Source: a virus
Taxonomy: Duplodnaviria; Caudoviricetes
Length of the DNA: 59,230 nt
Virus record (IMG/VR): IMGVR_UViG_3300012936_000013
Coordinates: 1-59,230 of that record
Direction: 5' to 3' (one strand)
The translations under genes and the position numbers were made by a program. The notes below the pieces were generated by a model. The model was not told the DNA's origin. It ran no database searches and was given only the letters and a program-made list of their open reading frames with translations. Positions 43,984 to 53,685 of the stretch are shown piece after piece. Numbering within the stretch: the first letter of the stretch is position 1; every line of letters starts with the position of its first letter.

Positions 43984-44974
43984 TTGTTACTCCTTTTTCA
44001 AACGAAATCTTTTTTAAGATTTGGAAAAGGTCGTTCCAGTTCCATTCACCAAACCCGTCCATAACCATCATCTTGCGAATCTCGGTCTTGTTAAAGTGGT
44101 ACTCAAAATCATCAATTGTATCATTAATCTTCTGGTTACCTTGTGCAGAAATGCTTGGAACATATAGCTGCATCATTTTATAGTTTAACCTAATTGTGTC
44201 TTCTTGTTCAACTATATTTTTAAAAACTTTTAGTCCCGACTCTTTAGCCTGCTCCTCTGCGTATTCCAGTATACTATCAATCGTGTGAGACTTCTCCTCC
44301 GACAAGAAAGAAAACCTCTTTGCAACAGTTGGCAACCCCACCCCTTGGACACCGGGCAGGTTATCAGATTTATCGCCAGCGATAGCACGAGCAAGGGCAA
44401 AGTTTGCTGGGTGGATGCCAAACTTATCAATAATATTGTTCTTGTTCAAGACCTCCTTTTGGATTGGTCTGAACACAACGGTGGAGTCATCACACAACTG
44501 AAAAAAATCTTTGTCGCTGGAAACGATAACCTTCTGATAGTCATCAAAACGACCGTGCTGAATCACGGCAGAAATAATATCATCTGCCTCTACATTGTCC
44601 AACACAAGCTGCATGATAGGCGTGCAGTTTAGATACTCAAAGAGCCTTGTCTGTTGCCAGATTTTATTTTCTATCTCCTCTGACTCTGACAAGTTTCTTA
44701 TCTGCCTGTTAAGACGGATGGGTTTGCGACCAGCCTTATATTCCTTGACAGTGCTCTTGCGGCGGGATGAGCCGCCTGCACCATCCCAACAAACCACGAT
44801 CTCATCTGGGCTTGTCTCTCTGCATAGCTTCTGAAGGATCTTCAGGAATCCCTTGAGACCACCAATCGGCTGACCGTTTGTGGATAGGCTTGGGTCTACA
44901 ATGTAAGCTCTGAAGTACATGTTGAGGGCATCAATAACCAACACCCTTTTCTTTTTATTATTCGTCATATCCAA
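43964..44974 (-). CDS. 5'-3' exonuclease/flap endonuclease (T4 RNase H-like)
   Basis: VIDALN, WDG, YKAGR, EADDII, SSDKDFFQL, GDKSDNLPGVQGVG. Confidence 0.93.
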   Translation of the reverse strand: MDMTNNKKKRVLVIDALNMYFRAYIVDPSLSTNGQPIGGLKGFLKILQKLCRETSPDEIVVCWDGAGGSSRRKSTVKEYKAGRKPIRLNRQIRNLSESEEIENKIWQQTRLFEYLNCTPIMQLVLDNVEADDIISAVIQHGRFDDYQKVIVSSDKDFFQLCDDSTVVFRPIQKEVLNKNNIIDKFGIHPANFALARAIAGDKSDNLPGVQGVGLPTVAKRFSFLSEEKSHTIDSILEYAEEQAKESGLKVFKNIVEQEDTIRLNYKMMQLYVPSISAQGNQKINDTIDDFEYHFNKTEIRKMMVMDGFGEWNWNDLFQILKKISFEKGVTSDTTGN

Positions 44975-45386
44975 CCTCTATCTTTTTGTCTTGGAGGTGG
45001 TACGACCCCCAGCTTTTATCACCTGTGGTGTATACCACTCTCTTTATTCCTACAAACTTCATAGCCTCGTGGCACATGGAGCAGGGCTTGCTCATTTTCC
45101 ATCGCCCTTTTTTATTGATTCTTGCAACATACATCGTGGCACCCTGCGTTGACGATCTATCAATCCCAAGCACACAAGCTAGTTCGGCATGGTGTGTTGC
45201 CCTGCCGGGAGCGGTTCTGAACCTTTGACCAAAAGAGGTGTGGTTGTCGCTATTGGCTGCAACATTAATGATAGAACCACCTCGGATCAGAACCGCCCCA
45301 TGACGGAAAGTGCAGTGACCAGATTGCTCTGCTGCTTTCGCTGCCATCCTCAAGCGGCGAATCTCTTTACACACAAATAACTCCAA
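44958..45386 (-). CDS. Zinc-dependent cytidine/dCMP deaminase-like protein
   Basis: HGAVL, HAE, SKPCSMC, GIKRVVYT. Confidence 0.85.
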   Translation of the reverse strand: MELFVCKEIRRLRMAAKAAEQSGHCTFRHGAVLIRGGSIINVAANSDNHTSFGQRFRTAPGRATHHAELACVLGIDRSSTQGATMYVARINKKGRWKMSKPCSMCHEAMKFVGIKRVVYTTGDKSWGSYHLQDKKIEVGYDE

Positions 45387-45411
45387 AAAAAATGCCCTTA
45401 ATCATGTAATC

Positions 45412-45440
45412 ATTATACACAACTAAAGGCACATTGTCAA
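45412..45440 (-). promoter_or_regulatory. Sigma70-type promoter
   Basis: TTGACA-17-TATAAT. Confidence 0.8.
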
Positions 45441-45449
45441 GCGTTTTTT

Positions 45450-46589
45450 TTATTCCACTTCTGGTGTCGGGGTATCTTCGTCACCATCAATGTCGTAAAA
45501 GTCTGCTGCGCTGCCTTGCCGCTTGTCAAATTTCAAGACAACCTCCTCATCCATCAATTCAAGAATGCGATTCCTGAACTTCTCGTTTGCCATCTTCTCC
45601 ATCCACCGACCGGGCTGGAACTTTTCTGTGGTGCCATCAGAGTGTGTTAGTGTGTACCAAGACCCGGCAGAAACAAGGTGTTCCGAACTCTTGACTGCCT
45701 CAAACCAACTCTCCTCGTCTTGGATTCCAACTTCACCGCCCCAAAGAATCTTGAACGCACACTGGCGACCGGCTGTACCGAATCGGGATTTCTCCAGCTT
45801 CACCTTCACCTCCGAGCCAATCCGGAATCCACGGTCATCCATGATAAATGAAGCCTTCGCTTTCCGACCCGTCAGCCATACACGCAAACTATATGTATAG
45901 TGCATAGCCTTGCCACCGGGAGTGAAATAGGGTGTCGTCATCGCTTCTGCAACATTACTGGTAATATTGGTCTTCAACTGATTCAACACCACCAACGTCG
46001 CCTCTGCATTTGCAATAGGCTGGACGAGCTTGGACATTCCCTTTGACAAAATCCTTGGCTTAACAGCCATGCTAGACAGTGGATTAAAGTCTCCCGCAAT
46101 ATCGGTCTCGCTTGGTGTGAGTGCCAAACTATCCCAGACGAAAAGAATCCTGTTCTCTGCTTGAGAAAGAATGTCCTCAATCGTCTCCAAGACGAACTCT
46201 ACGGAAGTCGCCTGAATATATAAAATGTTGTCAGCATCGCAACCAGCGGCAGTTAAAAAGTCAGAAGAAATAGCAGATTCTGAATCAAAATAGACAACAT
46301 CAATCCCCATCTTCTGAGCATTCGCAGCAACCTGAGCAGCCATGTACGACTTCCCTGTTGCTTCAAGACCTGCGATCTCGGAAACCTTCCCAACAGGGAT
46401 GCCTCCTCGTTTACCTCGGCAAATAATAGAGTCAAGCCAGCGAGAACCTGTCGGGATGAAATCTTTAACATCGGTTGGGTTTTCGTCTGCTAGACTATAA
46501 GCCACATTTTGTCCATGCTTTTTATTAATAGCAGCCCTCATGTCCGCAATAGACATTTTACCTGCACCTTTGTTTTTGCTTCTTGCCAT
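45450..46589 (-). CDS. recA: RecA/UvsX recombinase
   Basis: IPTGS, GLEATGKS, DSE, WDS, LNQ, TPGGKAM.Y. Confidence 0.93.
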   Translation of the reverse strand: MARSKNKGAGKMSIADMRAAINKKHGQNVAYSLADENPTDVKDFIPTGSRWLDSIICRGKRGGIPVGKVSEIAGLEATGKSYMAAQVAANAQKMGIDVVYFDSESAISSDFLTAAGCDADNILYIQATSVEFVLETIEDILSQAENRILFVWDSLALTPSETDIAGDFNPLSSMAVKPRILSKGMSKLVQPIANAEATLVVLNQLKTNITSNVAEAMTTPYFTPGGKAMHYTYSLRVWLTGRKAKASFIMDDRGFRIGSEVKVKLEKSRFGTAGRQCAFKILWGGEVGIQDEESWFEAVKSSEHLVSAGSWYTLTHSDGTTEKFQPGRWMEKMANEKFRNRILELMDEEVVLKFDKRQGSAADFYDIDGDEDTPTPEVE

Positions 46590-46626
46590 AGTAGCATTAC
46601 TCCATTGTTTTCAGTTATAAAATTGT

Positions 46627-46651
46627 AGGGCACCTGTTGACCCTGTGCCCT
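46627..46651 (-). terminator. Hairpin between SSB and recA (terminator or processing site)
   Basis: AGGGCAC-N11-GTGCCCT. Confidence 0.45.
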
Positions 46652-46670
46652 CCCGTGGGTATCTACAACT

Positions 46671-47435
46671 TTAACTTAGAAGATCGTTAAAGGCTTGCTC
46701 AACCGAGTTTGTGTTCTCGGTGGTGGTGGTGTTTCCACCATACTTCGTAGTCTCAGACGAAGTTTCCTCCGGGTTGTCAGATGCAAGATACTCGTCAAGC
46801 ATCGTCTGAACCTGAGCCGGAGTCTTGCGCTCAAACAAGCCGTCAAAGTCTGGAACAGTTTCCAGCAGCTTTGCACACTCCTCTGGTGAGATGTCCGGAC
46901 AAATCGCTGAAGTGCGACGGTGCGGAGTGAGGCGAGTAACAGGGAACGCTGCACCCTGCGGCTTACCGTATTGTAGAGTGAGGTCCGTACCCTCTGAAGG
47001 ATCCGTAATGTCACCATACTCCGGATTAAGAACGAGGTTTAGAAGCTGTTCGTAAACAGTCTTACCAAAGCCCCAGACTCGGACACCCTGATTCTCCTCT
47101 CCACGCACAATCACGGGAGCAAAGAAACGTTGACGTGCATTAAGAGACTTCGCCATCTTAATACTGTCGTCAGTACCCTCTTGATACAAAGAACGAATGA
47201 AATCGTTCAGAGGATCATCCTCACCAAAATTCTTCTTTGGCGAAAGGAACCCTGCGTTCTGTCCCAAATTATAGTGGAACCAAAACTCCTTAAAGGGATC
47301 GCCGTCAGCGGTCGGAACAATACGAATTGTCTGCTCCCCATCTGCTGGTCGCCAGAAGTTGCTCTTTGAGTTTGAGCGCCCTCCGTTTTGAAGTCGTGAC
47401 AGCTTCTCTCGCATCTTGTTAATATCAATACCCAT
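46671..47435 (-). CDS. gp32-like single-stranded DNA-binding protein
   Basis: FWRP..GEQTIRIVP...PF.E..FHY...VRVWGFGK.VY...YGDITD...G.D; acidic tail. Confidence 0.82.
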   Translation of the reverse strand: MGIDINKMREKLSRLQNGGRSNSKSNFWRPADGEQTIRIVPTADGDPFKEFWFHYNLGQNAGFLSPKKNFGEDDPLNDFIRSLYQEGTDDSIKMAKSLNARQRFFAPVIVRGEENQGVRVWGFGKTVYEQLLNLVLNPEYGDITDPSEGTDLTLQYGKPQGAAFPVTRLTPHRRTSAICPDISPEECAKLLETVPDFDGLFERKTPAQVQTMLDEYLASDNPEETSSETTKYGGNTTTTENTNSVEQAFNDLLS

Positions 47436-47511
47436 TATGTTTCTCCTTGTAGTTGTGGGTTAATTACCCTTGAGTATAAACAGCAAATTTTCTGCTTATC
47501 TGTTTTATATT

Positions 47512-47796
47512 TTACACCACTTCACTGGTGTTGTTAAGTGAAAAGATCGTATTTTCTTCTACGTTCTCATAACTGGTCTCAGTTGTGGTAGTGTTCCAGT
47601 TGAAAACTCGGAAACCACTGTTTTCCACATCCCAGACAAGCTCAAGCCCATCCGCTAGGTTCCGGGCTGTACCAGTACCAGAGACTTGCTCGTTTAGAAA
47701 CTGCTCTGGTAGATCGTTGAGGCGCACGAACGTCATTGTTCGCTCATCGCCAGACTTCTTAGTAAATGTACCTGTATACATTTTCATGTTCATCAT
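47512..47796 (-). CDS. SH3/Sm-like (WYL_2-type) small protein
   Basis: TFTKKSGDERTM...VWDVENSGFRVFNW. Confidence 0.7.
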   Translation of the reverse strand: MMNMKMYTGTFTKKSGDERTMTFVRLNDLPEQFLNEQVSGTGTARNLADGLELVWDVENSGFRVFNWNTTTTETSYENVEENTIFSLNNTSEVV

Positions 47797-47825
47797 CTTC
47801 TCCTTTTTGTTAATGATGTTTTGTT

Positions 47826-47854
47826 ATTATAACCTATCCCTGACCCTGTGTCAA
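47826..47854 (-). promoter_or_regulatory. Sigma70-type promoter
   Basis: TTGACA-17-TATAAT. Confidence 0.8.
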
Positions 47855-48709
47855 GAACTTTTTTAAATTATTTTCATTTTGTACTTCATCCGCAAAAGCA
47901 ATGAAGTAAGCATAGTCTTCATCATACTTCGTCTCATTAATCTGAAACGAGACTTTGACATTTTCTTTTTGTGACTTCTCCCTCATCTTAGATTTTAGAT
48001 TCTTGAAAAACTCTCCGTCCTCAACCGAGGATTTATTGATACCAATATAATACACCTTTTCTCTGATATTGTCAAGAGGAAAAAGCAAATTTTCTTCAAA
48101 ATTTTCTGGGTTGACAACTCCGTAAGAACAAATTCGGTGGTGTTCCTCTGCTTCGGCAAGATTCTTAAACACAGGCTCCGTGTTGGAAAATACGTTCACC
48201 ATGTGAACTGTTCCAACTAGCGCATCGTTGAGTGCATCATAATAGCCACGTACAGGCAAGTCTCCAAGCACAGCTTCAAGAGACGGATTGTAAACAAGAG
48301 AAATATTATCAAACAAGCCCGAGCGTGCATACTCCTGTAGAACATGAAAACTGATCCTGTTTAAGATATATTTCTTACCCCCCATGAGGGCAATATCTGG
48401 CGTGATGTAAACGAGTCTCAAGTTACAATGTCTTATTTGACTCAAGATCCGCAAAGACGCTCCTGCAATCTTGCCGCCGCCTGCAAGGATGAAGGTGACG
48501 TTGGTGCCTTCTGAGAAGTCAGAGAAAAAATCAGACATGTCAGGGCACGAAGACTCATACTCCTCAGAAGTCTTTTGCTCTGGCATTGAGAAAACACCTT
48601 CACCTTCCGGAAGACCAGAATCAATTTTATACACCTTGTACTGTGGGTATCTCTTAAAAGACTCTGCCACTGCACAGCCTGCCCCACCTAATCCTACTAT
48701 TGCGTCCAT
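47834..48709 (-). CDS. Divergent tubulin/FtsZ-like protein
   Basis: IVGLGGAGCAVA (T1 loop), degenerate T4 loop AGGGKIAG, ITPD, LVYN, YYDALN. Confidence 0.7.
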   Translation of the reverse strand: MDAIVGLGGAGCAVAESFKRYPQYKVYKIDSGLPEGEGVFSMPEQKTSEEYESSCPDMSDFFSDFSEGTNVTFILAGGGKIAGASLRILSQIRHCNLRLVYITPDIALMGGKKYILNRISFHVLQEYARSGLFDNISLVYNPSLEAVLGDLPVRGYYDALNDALVGTVHMVNVFSNTEPVFKNLAEAEEHHRICSYGVVNPENFEENLLFPLDNIREKVYYIGINKSSVEDGEFFKNLKSKMREKSQKENVKVSFQINETKYDEDYAYFIAFADEVQNENNLKKFLTQGQG

Positions 48710-49896
48710 TTATTTATTTCCCTCATGTCTCCAAAGTTACGTCCGACCCTCATGTTGGTCTTGAAACGTCCAAGTTCCGTATCTGAAAAAATCTTAACTA
48801 ACTCTGGTATAATATAACACTCATCAGCCTTCATGTCAAGCACTAAATTGTCATGAATGCAAAAAGATACAAAAGAATTCAACCCAGTCATGCGTTCATC
48901 CACCGCTAACATTCTCCTCAAAAGCAGATCGCTGGTCGTGCTCTGGATAATATAGTTCAGTGCATGTTTCTCGTCAGCCGGAATTGTTCTGGAAAAAAAG
49001 GTATTCACTTGGCTCCCGGTGAAGTATTTTTGTACCACCGCCTCACGATCATACATGCTATCCAGAGAAGCATCTTTCCTTTCTGGATTATACATCCAAG
49101 CAAACACTTTTCTTTTCGCTTCGTCTCTAGTCTCGTTCCCATCAAAAACATTCTTTATGTTCCAGTCGTGAATATCTCCTTCTGGCTGGTTCTTCCCCAC
49201 CAGTGCTAGGAGTGTCCGAAGCTCTGCGGCGTTAAAATCTAGTTCAACCAAATAGTCATTCTTCGGCTCTATAACATTTCGCAACTCACGACTCATGTTG
49301 TGAATAGGGAAGGAATTTTTGTGTGTAGATAGGCGACCAGTCTTTGTTCCAAATAAATTATATTTCACTGTTTGATCACCCTGTCTAAACTTTTTCCAAA
49401 AGTTACGAACATGTGGCTTAACCATCTCGCTGGAAATATTGTCAAAGTTCAGAGCAAGGGGTTGTTGTCCTATGCGTGAAATCAACTTAGCCGCTTGAGA
49501 CAGGAATTCATAATTTTTCGGCTTATCATATGTCTCAAAGACGTGTGCACAAATCTGATTTTTGACCTCGCAATACTCCTTCAAATATCTTTCGGGAACA
49601 AGTTCATAAAAACAGTGATCTTGCAACGAGACTTTCGCTGAGGAAAAAGATCTGATGTAAGCCTTCATCCTGTTTGACACACTGCTCCACTCTGCCTTTA
49701 GTTCGTCAGGACAAACGTCTGTCAGGGAGGCACCACCCGTGTAGATCTGTGCGTATTCAACAGTGTCGTCTGCAACGTGAGGAGAGAAAGACCAAGTAGC
49801 TGTTAGTTCAGCATCCGGCTTTTCGTCATAATAAATCTCGCCATTGGCATAAACCGCTGCACAATGTTTCTTGTCGTCCAATATCTGGAATATCAT
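48697..49896 (-). CDS. Compact family A DNA polymerase-like protein
   Basis: TKTGRLS, LDFNAAELR (motif A), R.EAK..F..MY (motif B), ALNYIIQST, IHDNL (motif C). Confidence 0.82.
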   Translation of the reverse strand: MIFQILDDKKHCAAVYANGEIYYDEKPDAELTATWSFSPHVADDTVEYAQIYTGGASLTDVCPDELKAEWSSVSNRMKAYIRSFSSAKVSLQDHCFYELVPERYLKEYCEVKNQICAHVFETYDKPKNYEFLSQAAKLISRIGQQPLALNFDNISSEMVKPHVRNFWKKFRQGDQTVKYNLFGTKTGRLSTHKNSFPIHNMSRELRNVIEPKNDYLVELDFNAAELRTLLALVGKNQPEGDIHDWNIKNVFDGNETRDEAKRKVFAWMYNPERKDASLDSMYDREAVVQKYFTGSQVNTFFSRTIPADEKHALNYIIQSTTSDLLLRRMLAVDERMTGLNSFVSFCIHDNLVLDMKADECYIIPELVKIFSDTELGRFKTNMRVGRNFGDMREINKWTQ

Positions 49897-49904
49897 CTAA
49901 CACC

Positions 49905-51167
49905 TTATTGGTAAAAACTAAAGCTCTTTGTCTTATTTATTCTTCTTGTTTCCAATATATCATGCAGTTGACCAGTTGTCAAGTCTTTTTTGTCAAAAAT
50001 TTCTCTGGTCTTGGGAGTGCTGCACGGATCCATGTTCTCGTGCAGGTATTTCATAGCCTCATTTTTATTCTTGACTCTTAAAATTTCTCTCGCTCGGTAA
50101 ACAACACGATCAAAGGTTGCCTGATTCCACGACTTCTTACACTCAAGCGCACGAACATATGCATACAGCTTGATGAAGTAATGATCTGAGTATTGCGAGA
50201 ACAATTCTTCTTCCGTATATGTCATTCTCTCCTCCAAGGCTGGGTTTTCTGTTCCATACTCTGCGTCAATAATTTGAACCACCGGATTCGCACTGACATA
50301 AGAATTATACCACCCCCACAGGAAATGTTTAAAATTTTCTAGCTCATACTCATAAATTTTTATGTAATAATCGGAGTAGAACTTGTCCCGAGTTGAGCCG
50401 CACCTCTTAATACTTCGCTGCATACCACGAGAATCCAGATCTGGAACCAATCTCCACGGAGCGTTCTTGTCAATTTTAAATCCGTGACGATTCGCCGCCT
50501 TTTTGAAGAACTCAAAGTTTCTATCTGAAAGATACGCAGCCTTGAGAGAGTCTAAATCGTGCGGAGCTTCGGCGATCTCTATAACCATCCCACTGTAATG
50601 TGGTGTTGCCTTGTGTGAGAGAAAAAAACCTTCCCTAGTCCAAGGTAGTTTGGATGTTGTCCTGTGTAGAAAATCAAGAAACACGCCAACAAAACTTTCA
50701 AAGTCCTTGATCTTATGATCGTTCGGGGTTGACATAAAAGGACCAGTGAAAACATCATAAAGGACTGAATTATAATTTTTATACTGCATATGCAAACTCA
50801 ACCACCCCAAGGTCGGCTTCAAGTTTCCATACAGAGATCTCTCTGCATCAATATCTCCACGAAAAATCGCCTTGTTCACGTGAGCGACAAGCGCCTTCCA
50901 AGCCTCAGCGATGGGTGGGATTACTAAAATTGTTTTTTCATCAGAAGAAGTAATTTGTCTAAGAAACCTCTCGTTCGCAACAACTGGTTCTTTCCTGTCG
51001 TTGACCCTTCCGAAATACCCATTCTTATACCAGAAATCACACTCTGCGTCTTTAAAAATAAAACAGTCGTACACGTCCCTAAAGTAAAAGGAGCCAAAAG
51101 CATTTAATTTATTAGATCCTTGAGGGTTAGTAATGTCATCGTTGCTTGCTAAATCTTTTCTTTTCAT
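49905..51167 (-). CDS. Hypothetical protein at the end of the tail/baseplate block
   Basis: 420-aa ORF immediately after the hub-like gene. Confidence 0.65.
   Translation of the reverse strand: MKRKDLASNDDITNPQGSNKLNAFGSFYFRDVYDCFIFKDAECDFWYKNGYFGRVNDRKEPVVANERFLRQITSSDEKTILVIPPIAEAWKALVAHVNKAIFRGDIDAERSLYGNLKPTLGWLSLHMQYKNYNSVLYDVFTGPFMSTPNDHKIKDFESFVGVFLDFLHRTTSKLPWTREGFFLSHKATPHYSGMVIEIAEAPHDLDSLKAAYLSDRNFEFFKKAANRHGFKIDKNAPWRLVPDLDSRGMQRSIKRCGSTRDKFYSDYYIKIYEYELENFKHFLWGWYNSYVSANPVVQIIDAEYGTENPALEERMTYTEEELFSQYSDHYFIKLYAYVRALECKKSWNQATFDRVVYRAREILRVKNKNEAMKYLHENMDPCSTPKTREIFDKKDLTTGQLHDILETRRINKTKSFSFYQ
49954..49982 (-). promoter_or_regulatory. Sigma70-type promoter for the replication block, inside the upstream gene's 3' end
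   Basis: TTGACA-17-TATATT. Confidence 0.65.
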
Positions 51168-51170
51168 TTT

Positions 51171-53684
51171 CTACCCCCCTATGCCCGGTAACTCGCCCGG
51201 TGGTCCTCCGGGAACCGTAGCCGTTGGTGCCTTTTCTTCCGACTCCTCACAATCCTCATTAGGAGGACATTTCTTAGGCTGGCAATACTTGTTAGTCCCA
51301 GTCTTCTTGCCCTCGCCCATGGATTGCCAAATGCATGTAAGTTTGGTTTCAAACTTTCCCGACTCAATAAAATTCTGCGCCTTGGTGACAAGATAATAGC
51401 CACCAATACCTAAGATGTTTGCCGGGGATCCTTTCGTACCCCCGTCGCCATAGACAGAGAATGCGCCGGGATCAATAAAGACCATCTGACCGGGAACAAA
51501 CATCGTGTTACCAACCATGTCCACATCGGCATTGTACATTGCACGTAGAGCAAGGTTTCCGGGACCGTCTGCCTGAATTCTTGACGCTGCAACATGAGGA
51601 GCATCCTCTCGCTTGAAACTGACCTTCTTGACGAGACCACGATCTGCACCCAACACAAAGTGATAAACACCCAAAGCAGAATCACGCTGTTCCCGTGTCT
51701 CACCACCGGAGGGTGGTCCCATGTTGGTGCTCGCACCTGATGCGTAGATAAAATAATAACTACCCGACTTCAACCCTGCGGCGTTGTCTCCTGACGGGTA
51801 ATCTAAAACCTTCAAGCTGCCAATGTTGGTGGTGCTGTTGTTTCCAAACGAATTAACAGACTTTTTTCCCGTTATCCTACACCTCAAGTCATCAGACAGT
51901 GGCAACTCTAGAACTCTAGAATTTAGCTTTGTGCGATACCCGTTGGCACACGCACCAAAACAATCTTTACCCATCGCATTGGAGACCAAGCTCATAATTA
52001 AATTCTGTAAGAAATCCTTCAGCGGCCATTTTTCTCGCTGAGGTACGACAGCTTGCTCAAAGAACCAAATCTTAAACATGTTTAATGAAATCGGAATGTC
52101 ACCCAAGCAAACATTTTTTCTTTCCCCCGAAATAGGATCTCTATAGTCAAAAGGACCAATGATGTTTCTAATCTCTTTAAGACCACTCTCTCTGCGTGCC
52201 GCTGCGAAAGCGACTTCTAAGATTCCACCAAGATATAAGAAGTTTAAGCGAACATGATTCTTCTTTGGGTTAGATGGTAGCATGGATGCCAAGAGACCAG
52301 TACCTCCCTCCTCAGTCTGCGTGTCTTCTTTTAATTCTGTGGCTATTTCTTTTCTCTCATCTGGATCTTTCTCTCCTTGGAGTTCTTCTGCTGCTGCCTT
52401 AACATCTCCAAACGAACCTCCGGGAGATCTCTGTGGCGCATTGTTCGCCCACTCTGGGTTTTTAGCTCTGGCTTCTCTCATCTTCTTCACCCGAGCTTTA
52501 ATCTGATCTGCCTTAGATGCCAAGTCACCACCGACGAGTCCAAAAAAAGAACTTTCTGTAAAAACGTCAATCTGATCGTGTGGAACATCAATAAATAAAA
52601 CATGCCCCCTGTCTTCTAGGGCAGACAAGAAAGTTTTATATCTTTCAGTGTTTATCGCATCCTGTAGTTCTTCAGACTTCTCTTTCATCTCATCAGCGGT
52701 TTCCTGTGCGTCTTCAGATCTCTGGGTTCCGTCTGGACACTTCTTATTGGTGATGGCTTTCGCAGCACCCGATAAAGCGTTAGCGACCTCGCCCACCATT
52801 CTGCTCACCATGCTGTCTGAAAGCAAAACATCAGCCTTCGGATCTGCCATAACACCTTCTGGTGCTGCCATGTAATCAATCGTCAGTGTAACCATTCCAA
52901 TGTCGTCAAATGAAATGTCGTGCTTTACCATTGTAAGAAAAAAAGTTGATGACGCTTGTTGCATCACGCTTGCCGCCGCTTGGGTTTCCTCATCTGCACC
53001 TTGAGGAGCCGCCCAGCCAACCGTTGCTTTGATTCTAAAGTATTTATTATTATATGTTCTGCCGCCCGTGCAGGGTTCTGTTTTAAATTTTGCGTTTTGA
53101 TGAATCAGATCAACATATCGGACAGTCTTCTCGGAACCAGTAGCACTAAAAGCGCCATTCTCAGCCTTAATCGCCTTAGACTTCACTGGACTGAACATCT
53201 CGTCCATGCTCTGAAAATACATTACCAGTTTTGCCTCTACCATTCGGTCAGCCTCTACTGGGTTACCACCTGCAAGATTGAACTCAAAACTTTTTATGCC
53301 GCAACCGGCACCTCGCCCACGGCGACTAGACAAGATCCCATCTAAAGTATCGTTGGTTAGCGAGTTTTCAAAGATTAACTCGTACTCCTCCCCTTCCGAC
53401 TTCTCCGACTCGTAATAAACTTTGTATAATTTAATATATGGTGTCAGGGCAGCAATTGATGCAGGCTTCAACTTCATAATGTCGCCGAGACCTTTTCTCG
53501 TTACGAGGCTTGTTATGAACTTTACAGGGTCATCGCCATTTAGCTTCATCAACCCCTTATATCTTCGGGCAGCACCCCATGACTCAAACACGTCCATGTT
53601 AGAAAGCAAGAAGCACTGCTCGTTGAGCCTTCTATCCGCTGCAACTTCCTCATCTGAACCTTTGTGTTCTTCTCTTTCACTCAT
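51171..53684 (-). CDS. Baseplate hub-like tail protein
   Basis: GIKSF.F, GLVKKVSF, Y.ADV.MVGN..F.PG..VFIDP, GGYYLVTK....I..GKFETKL; position after the wedge gene. Confidence 0.65.
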   Translation of the reverse strand: MSEREEHKGSDEEVAADRRLNEQCFLLSNMDVFESWGAARRYKGLMKLNGDDPVKFITSLVTRKGLGDIMKLKPASIAALTPYIKLYKVYYESEKSEGEEYELIFENSLTNDTLDGILSSRRGRGAGCGIKSFEFNLAGGNPVEADRMVEAKLVMYFQSMDEMFSPVKSKAIKAENGAFSATGSEKTVRYVDLIHQNAKFKTEPCTGGRTYNNKYFRIKATVGWAAPQGADEETQAAASVMQQASSTFFLTMVKHDISFDDIGMVTLTIDYMAAPEGVMADPKADVLLSDSMVSRMVGEVANALSGAAKAITNKKCPDGTQRSEDAQETADEMKEKSEELQDAINTERYKTFLSALEDRGHVLFIDVPHDQIDVFTESSFFGLVGGDLASKADQIKARVKKMREARAKNPEWANNAPQRSPGGSFGDVKAAAEELQGEKDPDERKEIATELKEDTQTEEGGTGLLASMLPSNPKKNHVRLNFLYLGGILEVAFAAARRESGLKEIRNIIGPFDYRDPISGERKNVCLGDIPISLNMFKIWFFEQAVVPQREKWPLKDFLQNLIMSLVSNAMGKDCFGACANGYRTKLNSRVLELPLSDDLRCRITGKKSVNSFGNNSTTNIGSLKVLDYPSGDNAAGLKSGSYYFIYASGASTNMGPPSGGETREQRDSALGVYHFVLGADRGLVKKVSFKREDAPHVAASRIQADGPGNLALRAMYNADVDMVGNTMFVPGQMVFIDPGAFSVYGDGGTKGSPANILGIGGYYLVTKAQNFIESGKFETKLTCIWQSMGEGKKTGTNKYCQPKKCPPNEDCEESEEKAPTATVPGGPPGELPGIGG

Positions 53685-53685
53685 T

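Noticed and set aside
33745-46589. Inteins or introns in DnaE, RNR, helicase or RecA
   Set aside because: Lengths are ordinary, frames are continuous, and no intein-like or LAGLIDADG insertions were noticed
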